Below, one piece after another: positions 56,955 to 64,000 of a DNA stretch of 64,000 nt (the first letter of the stretch is position 1; each line of letters opens with the position of its first letter). Both the position numbers and the translations under genes were made by a program. Source of the stretch: Novosphingobium sp. (lineage in GTDB: Bacteria; Pseudomonadota; Alphaproteobacteria; Sphingomonadales; Sphingomonadaceae); NCBI GenBank assembly GCA_031285165.1, contig JAITWR010000069.1, forward strand, positions 677 through 64,676, given 5' to 3'. The notes under the pieces were generated by a model. The model was not told the DNA's origin, made no database searches, and was given only the letters and a program-made list of their open reading frames with translations.

Positions 56955-58583
56955 ATGAACGAGAGGATTGCGCCCCCTTGGGCCTGGCTGGATATTCCCG
57001 CGCCGCACCAGCGCGCCTTTATGGACAATGGGCGGTGGGATGAGCGGACAATTGCCGATCTGGCCTACGAACTGACGGATGAAGATCCCGAATGCGTTGC
57101 CTTTATCGAAGGTGCGTCGCGGATGACACGCGCCGAACTGGTGGCGGACGCCGAGGCGCTGGCCGCAGCGCTTCACGGACGCGGGTTGCGGCCCGGTGAC
57201 GTTATCGCTTTCCAGATGCCGAACTGGCGTGAAGCGGCGGTGATAAATCTGGCGGCAGCGCTTTCGGGCCTGATCGTCAATCCCATCGTGCCCATCTACC
57301 GCGATCACGAAGTGTCGCAGATGCTCGGCGACTGCCGCGCCCGCGCGATCTTTGTGCCGACGTCCTTTCGCGCTTGCGATTTTGCCGCCATGGCTGCCCG
57401 CATCCAGGCGGGCCTGCCCGACCTTGCCCACATATTCACCGTGCGTGGCGAAGGGGCGGGCGATTATGCCGCCCTGCTTGCCGAGGGGCGCGATACGGTG
57501 TTCATGCGGCCTCGAGTCGATCCCCTGGGTGTCAAGATGGTACTCTATACCTCGGGCACGACGGGGCGGCCCAAAGGAGTGCTGCATAGCCATGTGACAC
57601 TCTCCTTCATCCTGAAGCGGAGCGGTGTCCATTGGGGAGTCAGGGCGGGCGAGGCGCTGCTGATGCCGTCGCCGGTCACGCACATATCCGGTTTCGCCAA
57701 CGGACTCGAGGCGCCACTGGTTTGCGGCACGCGGACTGTGCTGATGGAAAGCTGGGATGCGACAGCGGCGCTTGAGCTGATTGGTCGTCATGCGATTGTC
57801 GGGACGGTTGCGGCGACACCGTTTCTCGTTGAACTGGCCGCTGCCGCCAGGGGGACGGGCAACCGATTGCCCGGTTTCCGCTTCTTCGCCTGTGGGGGAG
57901 CCGCGATCCCCAACGATGTGATTCCGATGGCCAACGCTGCCTTTGCCGATTGCCGCGCCTTCCGCGTGTTCGGTGCTTCGGAAGTGCCGCTTGTCACATT
58001 CGGCTGGCCCCATGACGAAGCCTTGGCCGCAACCACCGATGGGCAGATCGTCGACTATGAGGTTCGTGTCGTCGATGCCGACGATAACAATCTGCCGCCG
58101 GGTCAGGAGGGAGAGATCCTGGCGCGCGGACCGGGCATGATGATGGGGTATGCCGATGCCGGGCAGACGGCTGAGGCGATCACCGCCGATGGCTTTTTCC
58201 GCACCGGCGACCTTGGCATTCGTTCGGTCGAGGGGGCGCTTACCATCACCGGCCGCAAAAAGGATCTGATCATTCGTGGCGGTGAAAATATTTCGGCCAA
58301 AGAAATAGAGGATGTGCTGCATAGCCATCCGGCGGTGCGGGAGGCGAGCGTTGTCGCCATGCCGCACGTGCGGCTCGGCGAGGGCGTTTGTGCATATATT
58401 ATTGCCCACGGACCAATCCCGGCACCGGAGGAATTGGCCGCTCACGTTGCGTCCAGCGGGCTGGCGAAGCAGAAAATTCCGGAACGTTTCGAATTCGTCG
58501 AGGATTTTCCCCGAACGGCTTCGGGCAAAGTGCGCAAAGACGAACTGCGCGCAGCGATCAGGGCGATGCTCGCCGCGTGCTGA
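56955..58583 (+). CDS. Acyl/aryl-CoA ligase (cyclohexanecarboxylate-CoA ligase-like)
   Basis: 'YTSGTTGRPKG', 'FGASE', 'FRTGD', 'GRKKDLIIRGGENI', 'PRTASGK'. Confidence 0.9.
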   Translation: MNERIAPPWAWLDIPAPHQRAFMDNGRWDERTIADLAYELTDEDPECVAFIEGASRMTRAELVADAEALAAALHGRGLRPGDVIAFQMPNWREAAVINLAAALSGLIVNPIVPIYRDHEVSQMLGDCRARAIFVPTSFRACDFAAMAARIQAGLPDLAHIFTVRGEGAGDYAALLAEGRDTVFMRPRVDPLGVKMVLYTSGTTGRPKGVLHSHVTLSFILKRSGVHWGVRAGEALLMPSPVTHISGFANGLEAPLVCGTRTVLMESWDATAALELIGRHAIVGTVAATPFLVELAAAARGTGNRLPGFRFFACGGAAIPNDVIPMANAAFADCRAFRVFGASEVPLVTFGWPHDEALAATTDGQIVDYEVRVVDADDNNLPPGQEGEILARGPGMMMGYADAGQTAEAITADGFFRTGDLGIRSVEGALTITGRKKDLIIRGGENISAKEIEDVLHSHPAVREASVVAMPHVRLGEGVCAYIIAHGPIPAPEELAAHVASSGLAKQKIPERFEFVEDFPRTASGKVRKDELRAAIRAMLAAC

Positions 58584-58628
58584 TTGCCGTGCGAGGGCGC
58601 GCTGGATGGGGCGCTTTCAAGCGGGCTT

Positions 58629-59438
58629 TTATGTCCTTTCTGGTGTCGCTGCGGCAACCGCTGCGAGCGTTTCCTCGCGTGTCGGGTTGCGGCGCAGTGT
58701 CAGGCCGCCGTTTACCTGAAGATTTTCGCCAGTCATGAAGCATTCATCGCTGGCCAGAAATACGGCGGCTGCGGCGATGTCGTCCGAGGTGCCGATGCGG
58801 CCCAGCGGGTAGCCTGCAAGGAAAGAGGCGAAAAGGCCCGGAACCTGTTTGGCATCGGCGGTCATCGGGGTGTCGGTGAGACCGGGTGAGATCGAATTGG
58901 CGCGAATGCCCTCACCGCCGAACTCATGGGCGATGCAGCGAATGACGTGGTCAAAGCCGGCCTTGGTGCCCATGTATGCCGCATGGTCGTTGAGCATGAT
59001 CGTGGCGGTTGCCGAACTGATCTGGATGATCGAGCCTCCGCGGCCGCCCGAGTTCCGGGCCATCTTGCGGATCATTGCCTGGCAGAAGTGATAAGGGCCG
59101 ATATATTGCAGTGCGGTCATCGCCACGAGATCGTCGTGAGTGTGTTCCAGGAATGGCTTGAGCAACCCCCAGCCAGTCGAATTGACCGCGATGTCGATGC
59201 CGCCGAGCTTTTCGTTCGCTGTTTCGGCAAGGGTGTCGATGCTGACCTTGCTGGTCAGGTCGCAGGCTGTCCAGGCGCAGCCGGTTTCTTCGGCAAAGCT
59301 TTCCAGCACATCGGCCTTCCTGCCCGAGACGATCACTTTTGCGCCCTCGGCCATGAAACGGCGGGCGATGTGCTGCCCCATGTTGCCGGAGCTGCTGGCC
59401 CCCAGGATTACGGCGGTTTTACCGGCAAGACGTTCCAT
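58629..59438 (-). CDS. SDR oxidoreductase
   Basis: 'LGASSSGNMG', YMGTK, 'ANSISPG'. Confidence 0.88.
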   Translation of the reverse strand: MERLAGKTAVILGASSSGNMGQHIARRFMAEGAKVIVSGRKADVLESFAEETGCAWTACDLTSKVSIDTLAETANEKLGGIDIAVNSTGWGLLKPFLEHTHDDLVAMTALQYIGPYHFCQAMIRKMARNSGGRGGSIIQISSATATIMLNDHAAYMGTKAGFDHVIRCIAHEFGGEGIRANSISPGLTDTPMTADAKQVPGLFASFLAGYPLGRIGTSDDIAAAAVFLASDECFMTGENLQVNGGLTLRRNPTREETLAAVAAATPERT

Positions 59439-59544
59439 TGCTGCCCATATCCTTATACGCATTGCGAACTGCGGGTGGCCGGTGCCGGCTTGCACAGGCA
59501 GGCGCATTTTCAAATAAAATCTAACACGCCGTTTCAACCAGCCA

Positions 59545-59564
59545 TCCTGATCAAAATATGAGTG
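59545..59564. promoter_or_regulatory. lux-box-like site
   Basis: TCCTGATCAAAATATGAGTG between divergent SDR genes. Confidence 0.55.
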
Positions 59565-59631
59565 GCGGATTCCCGTGGGAAAGGCGAAACGGCTTATTGG
59601 ATTATCGACCACCGGGTAAGGAGCAGTTCCC

Positions 59632-60390
59632 ATGGATCTTGGGTTGAAGGGCAAAAAGGTTATCCTGACGGGTGGCAGCCGCGGGATCGGCCGGGCGGCG
59701 CTTGAGGTTTTTGCGGCGGAAGGCGCCGATGTCGCCTTTTTCTCGCGTAACGCGGAACAGGTCGCGGAGGCTGTCTCCGACCTGTCGCGCCATGGAGGCA
59801 AGGTGATCGGTGAAGCGCTCGATATGAGCGATCTCGATGGCTATGCGGCGTGGTTGAAGTCAGCCGCCGACCGGCTCGGTGGCTGCGACATATTCATCGC
59901 CAGCGCCAGCGCATCGGGTTCGGGCGCGACCGGGGATTGGGACGCCTGCTTCAATACCGACATCAAGGGCACGGTGGTCGGCTGTGAAACGCTGGAGCCT
60001 TATCTGGAAAAGTCGGACGCGGGCGCAATCGTTATCCTCGGTTCAACTGCCGGCACCGAAACCTTCCTTGTTCCGCAGGCGTTCAATGCGCTCAAGGCGG
60101 CGCTGTTGACCTATTCGGGCCAGCTTTCCCAGCATCTCGGCGGCAAGGGCATTCGTGTCAACGCGGTGTCGCCGGGGCCGATCTATTTCTCCGGCGGTAA
60201 CTGGGAAGCCATCAAGGGCGTTGCGCCCGAGCTTTACCAGGCGGCCGAAGCCAGCTTTGCCCTTGGCCGCTGGGGCGGGCCGGAAGAGGTGGCCAGGACC
60301 ATTGCTTTCCTCGCCAGCCCGGCTTCGTCCTATACGACCGGCACGAATGTAGTGATCGACGGAGGTTATACCAAGCGCGTCCAGTTTTGA
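59632..60390 (+). CDS. SDR oxidoreductase with an atypical catalytic motif
   Basis: TGGSRGIG; YxxxK appears as 'FNALK'. Confidence 0.88.
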   Translation: MDLGLKGKKVILTGGSRGIGRAALEVFAAEGADVAFFSRNAEQVAEAVSDLSRHGGKVIGEALDMSDLDGYAAWLKSAADRLGGCDIFIASASASGSGATGDWDACFNTDIKGTVVGCETLEPYLEKSDAGAIVILGSTAGTETFLVPQAFNALKAALLTYSGQLSQHLGGKGIRVNAVSPGPIYFSGGNWEAIKGVAPELYQAAEASFALGRWGGPEEVARTIAFLASPASSYTTGTNVVIDGGYTKRVQF

Positions 60391-60449
60391 TGGCGGCAGG
60401 GGGCACCCCCTGCCTGCCGGGCGGCTGAAAACCGGTAAAATCCGCATTT

Positions 60450-60469
60450 TCCTATCCAAATGCATAGGC
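60450..60469. promoter_or_regulatory. lux-box-like site upstream of the Rieske pair
   Basis: TCCTATCCAAATGCATAGGC (CCTAT...ATAGG palindromic ends). Confidence 0.65.
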
Positions 60470-60550
60470 GGTGGCGGGGCATTTTTTGATTTCGGCCAAA
60501 CGCCGGTTTTCAGATGCAGGTATCTTCCGGTCTTCCGACAGGAGGTTCCG

Positions 60551-61951
60551 ATGACAGATTTCAATCACGATGATGAGCATGAGGTTGCCCGCTGTCCCGG
60601 GCCCAGGTGGGAGGATATTCTCGCCGCCGACGATGTGCAGCCTCCCGCTTTCGTAGCGGAGGACCGCTACCGTTATCTCGGCTCCGAACCGATCGATGCG
60701 GCGCGTTATTATTCGCCGGAGTTCTTCGGGCGGGAAATCGAGAAAATGTGGCCCAACGTCTGGCAGTTCGCCGCGCGCGACGAGGATATGCCGGAGCCGG
60801 GGGACTATGTGACGTATGAGAATGCGGGCCGGTCTTTTCTGATCGTGCGGCAGGAAGACGGCACGGTGCGCGCCTTTCACAATGTCTGTCTCCACCGCGG
60901 TCGCAAGCTCAAGGCCGATAGTGGCAGCGCCAGCCGGTTCATCTGCCCGTTCCACGGATTTACCTGGAATACCGATGGATCGTTGCGCGACATCCCCTGC
61001 CGGTGGGACTTCGCCCATCTGACCGACGAAAAGATGCAGTTGCCCCAGGCTGCCGTGGCGACCTGGGGTGGTTACATCTTCGTCCGCGACAATCCCGAGG
61101 GGCCGTCACTTGAGGAATATCTCGATCCGCTGCCCGAGTTTTTCAAGCGCTGGAAGCACGAGGATTGCGTGACCGTGGCCTGGGTCGGCAAAGTCGTGAA
61201 GGCGAACTGGAAGATCACCATGGAGGCATTCATGGAAAGCTACCACGCCTATGTCACGCACCCACAGTTGATGCCGTTCACGGGCGATGCCAATGCGGCC
61301 TATCATGTGCTGGGCGAGCATGTGAACGTCAATTATACGCCCTTCGGCGTCATTTCTCCGCACATCAAGCGCGCGGAATTGCCCGAGCAGTGGATCGTCG
61401 ATGAATTCCGCAAATACAATGGCCGCTCTGCCGATAACTATGATCCCGACAAGGACAACGCCAATGTCCGGGTGCCAGAGGGGAAAACTGCGCGGCAAGC
61501 GCTGGGGGAGGCCATGCGGACGACCTCGGCGCAGATGTTCGGCGGTGATTACAGCCGGATTTCAGAGTCCGAACTGCTCGATGCGCTGGTTTATAATGTT
61601 TTCCCGAACTTCGCGCCCTGGGGCGGTTTCATGCCCAATGTCGTCTATCGCTGGCGGCCCTGGCCGGATCAGGATCATTGCCTGATGGAAGTGCGTGTTA
61701 TTGCCCGCGTTCCCGAAGGGCAGCCGCGCCCGGCCGGTGTGCCGTTGCACATGCTGGGCGAGAGCGAGCGCTGGGCGGACGCGCCGGAACTGGGCGTTCT
61801 GGGCGGCGTGGTCGATCAGGACATGGAGAACATGGAACTGACTCACGAAGGCCTGAAGGCTTCGAAGAATCAGCGCGTCGAACTCGGGGACTACCAGGAA
61901 ACCCGCATCCGCCATTTTCACCAGGCGCTTGACCGTTATCTCCAGCATTGA
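60551..61951 (+). CDS. Rieske oxygenase alpha subunit (close paralog of 41193)
   Basis: CLH...CPFH; 'ESYHAYVTH'. Confidence 0.92.
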   Translation: MTDFNHDDEHEVARCPGPRWEDILAADDVQPPAFVAEDRYRYLGSEPIDAARYYSPEFFGREIEKMWPNVWQFAARDEDMPEPGDYVTYENAGRSFLIVRQEDGTVRAFHNVCLHRGRKLKADSGSASRFICPFHGFTWNTDGSLRDIPCRWDFAHLTDEKMQLPQAAVATWGGYIFVRDNPEGPSLEEYLDPLPEFFKRWKHEDCVTVAWVGKVVKANWKITMEAFMESYHAYVTHPQLMPFTGDANAAYHVLGEHVNVNYTPFGVISPHIKRAELPEQWIVDEFRKYNGRSADNYDPDKDNANVRVPEGKTARQALGEAMRTTSAQMFGGDYSRISESELLDALVYNVFPNFAPWGGFMPNVVYRWRPWPDQDHCLMEVRVIARVPEGQPRPAGVPLHMLGESERWADAPELGVLGGVVDQDMENMELTHEGLKASKNQRVELGDYQETRIRHFHQALDRYLQH

Positions 61952-61964
61952 GGACGCTACGGCA

Positions 61965-63149
61965 ATGACCCAGCTTTACGAGCAATACGGTGACGCAGCC
62001 GAACGCATGCTGCATTTCGTCGAAACGCGAACCACCGACCAGGCGCCGGACATCATGCAGGTGCCGGTGAAGGACTATCTCGATCCGGGCCGTTGGCAGA
62101 TGGAGATGGATCGTATCTTCATGCGCTTGCCGCTGATGCTGGCCTTGACGATCGAACTGCCGAATATCAACGATTACAAAGCGATGAGCGTGCTGGGTAA
62201 GCCGGTGGTCATTACCCGTGCGAAGGATGGCCGCGCGCGCGCGTTCCTGAACGTCTGCAAGCACAGGGCCATGCACCTGGTCGGCGAAGGAACGGGGAAT
62301 TGCGCCCGTTTTGCCTGCCCGTACCATGGCTGGACCTATGCCAACGACGGCAAGTTGATCGGTATTGCCGAAGCATCGACCTTCGGCAACGTAGATCGCG
62401 AAACCCTGCATATGACCGAACTGCCCTGTGACGAGCAGGCCGGCATGATCTTCGTGATCCTTACGCCGGGACTGGAGATCGATGCGAAAGCCTGGATGGG
62501 CGGCATGTATGAGGATTTCGCCGCGCTCGGTCTGGAGAAGTGGTACTATCACAAGGCCCGGCCGATGGAGGGAGCCAATTGGAAGGTTGCCTATGACGGC
62601 TATCTTGAAGGGTATCACTTCCAGGCCGCGCATACGAACACCGTCGCCACCCGTACCCCGTCGAACCGCGCCGACTATGAAGGCTTCGGTCCGCATATCC
62701 GGTTGGGTTTCCCGCAGCACTCCATCACGCGTCTGAAAGACCTGCCGCGTGGGGAATGGGGCGCCCAGGAGAACAACGGCTACGATTTCATTCGGATGCT
62801 TTTCCCCAATTTCAGTTTCTTCCTCGCGCCCGAGATGTGCCAGTTTGCCCAGTTGTTTCCGGGGCCGACGCCTGATCGCAACACCACGGTTCTGAATTAC
62901 ATTTTCCCCGAAAAGCCGGATACCGAGGAGGGTATGCGTGCGCTCGACGAAATGTGCGATTTTTTCTATAATGTCGTGCTGGAAGAGGATTATTTTCTTG
63001 GGCTGAAAGTGCAGAACGGGTTGGAAAGCGGCGCTATGGCGCATCAGACCTTTGGCCGCAATGAACCGGGCAACCAGTTTTTCCATCGCTGGATCGCGTA
63101 TTTTCTCGACGAAACCGGCCAAACTCCGGTTCCCGTGATGAAGGGATGA
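61965..63149 (+). CDS. Rieske oxygenase alpha subunit
   Basis: CKH...CPYH; 'EGYHFQAAH'. Confidence 0.92.
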   Translation: MTQLYEQYGDAAERMLHFVETRTTDQAPDIMQVPVKDYLDPGRWQMEMDRIFMRLPLMLALTIELPNINDYKAMSVLGKPVVITRAKDGRARAFLNVCKHRAMHLVGEGTGNCARFACPYHGWTYANDGKLIGIAEASTFGNVDRETLHMTELPCDEQAGMIFVILTPGLEIDAKAWMGGMYEDFAALGLEKWYYHKARPMEGANWKVAYDGYLEGYHFQAAHTNTVATRTPSNRADYEGFGPHIRLGFPQHSITRLKDLPRGEWGAQENNGYDFIRMLFPNFSFFLAPEMCQFAQLFPGPTPDRNTTVLNYIFPEKPDTEEGMRALDEMCDFFYNVVLEEDYFLGLKVQNGLESGAMAHQTFGRNEPGNQFFHRWIAYFLDETGQTPVPVMKG

Positions 63150-63155
63150 TTGCGC

Positions 63156-63180
63156 CTGTGCAGCCCGCCGGGCTGCACAG
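63156..63180. terminator. Hairpin between convergent genes
   Basis: CTGTGCAGCCC-GCC-GGGCTGCACAG. Confidence 0.6.
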
Positions 63181-63225
63181 ATGCGACATGCTTCCCGATC
63201 GGCAGGCGATGCGGTTTTTTCGATA

Positions 63226-64000
63226 TCAGGCGATCTTTAGGATGAGTTTGCCGGTGTTGGCGCCCGAAAACAACCGCATGAAGGCTGGATATGCGTTTTC
63301 CAGCCCCACCTGAATGTCCTCATCCATGCGGAGCTTCCCTTCGGCCATCCACCTGGCCATGACTGTGCCGGCCTCGGCAAAGCGGGGCACGAAGTCCGTG
63401 ACCAGATAGCCATGGAGCACCGCTTCCCGGGCAAGCACCTGCCAGAGATTGCGGATGCCGATCTTGTCGGGCGAGTTGTATTCGCTGATCAATCCGCAAA
63501 GCACGATCCGGGCCTTCCTGGCCAGGTTGAGCAATTCGGCGTCCATCACGTTCCCGCCGACATTCTCGAAAACGATGTCCGCGCCGGCGGGGGCCGCAAG
63601 GGCGATCTCCGCGGCAAGCTCGGGTACCGATTTTCCTTTGTAGTCGATGGCGGCATCAAAGCCGTAATCCTTGATAAGCCTGCGGCATTTTGCAGCACCG
63701 CCGGCAATGCCGATCACCCGGCACCCCATGATCTTGCCGATCTGGCCAACGACGGACCCGACAGCGCCGGCTGCGCCCGAAACCACCAATGTCTCGTTTG
63801 CTTCAGGTTTGGCTACTTCGAGCAGGCCGAAATAGGCGGTCAGGCCGACAGCACCCATGGATGAGAGGAAATGTGACGGAGATGCCACGCGCGATACGTC
63901 GATGGCCATGGTGAAACCGCCCGGAGTCATGGGGGAATAGTCTTCCAGAGCATTCATGCCGAGCACCCATTGGCCGGGCCTGAAGTCGGGATTGTCGGAA
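63226..64000 (-). CDS. NADP-dependent MDR oxidoreductase (CurA/PTGR-like), 5' truncated by the window edge
   Basis: 'GLTAYFGL', 'VVSGAAGAVGS', 'FENVGG', 'GANTGKL'. Confidence 0.88.
   Translation of the reverse strand, partial: SDNPDFRPGQWVLGMNALEDYSPMTPGGFTMAIDVSRVASPSHFLSSMGAVGLTAYFGLLEVAKPEANETLVVSGAAGAVGSVVGQIGKIMGCRVIGIAGGAAKCRRLIKDYGFDAAIDYKGKSVPELAAEIALAAPAGADIVFENVGGNVMDAELLNLARKARIVLCGLISEYNSPDKIGIRNLWQVLAREAVLHGYLVTDFVPRFAEAGTVMARWMAEGKLRMDEDIQVGLENAYPAFMRLFSGANTGKLILKIA

Noticed and set aside
1-64000. Many long antisense or alternate-frame ORFs (e.g. 159-1754, 17151-19409, 25726-27843, 32094-34433, 50658-52838)
   Set aside because: Shadow ORFs of real genes in GC-rich DNA; no recognisable motifs.
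1-64000. CRISPR array, tRNA, rRNA, integrase or transposase
   Set aside because: No regularly spaced repeats, RNA gene signatures or recombinase motifs were seen, so mobility of the island cannot be claimed.
13161-64000. Assigning a specific substrate (steroid, lignin-derived or PAH)
   Set aside because: The enzyme families are compatible with several substrates, and no diagnostic ortholog can be confirmed without searches.

Overview
GC-rich alphaproteobacterial DNA, most like a sphingomonad (Novosphingobium/Sphingobium type; inferred from gene content). It has three blocks. (1) 1-3.3 kb: a cell-envelope module (deacetylase-like DUF2334, polytopic membrane protein, DUF2141, GT4 glycosyltransferase). 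(2) 3.3-13 kb: mlaA/vacJ divergent from an operon encoding a 'thermostable hemolysin'-family protein, an AMP-ligase::heme-oxygenase-like diiron oxidase fusion, an SDR, a secreted TPR-like protein, a SAM methyltransferase, an ECF sigma, FecR and a TonB-dependent transducer. Three near-identical ECF-type promoters (ACTGC[GT]GA-N12-GCGGCGTC) sit in front of mlaA, the operon and fecR, which suggests a self-contained make-and-sense cell-surface-signalling system. (3) 13-64 kb: a large catabolic island with 7 Rieske oxygenase alpha subunits, 3 paralogous TonB-dependent receptors, 8 SDRs, 5 SnoaL/NTF2 genes, 3 VOC proteins, acyl-CoA enzymes, an acetoin-dehydrogenase-like complex and a Tat flavoprotein plus cytochrome c. 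Its only regulator is a LuxR solo, and lux-box-like CT-N12-AG sites occur in all 8 divergent promoter regions. No rRNA, tRNA, CRISPR array or transposase was seen. One RIME/CIR-like miniature repeat is present. All calls come from motif recognition by eye; no database searches were run.
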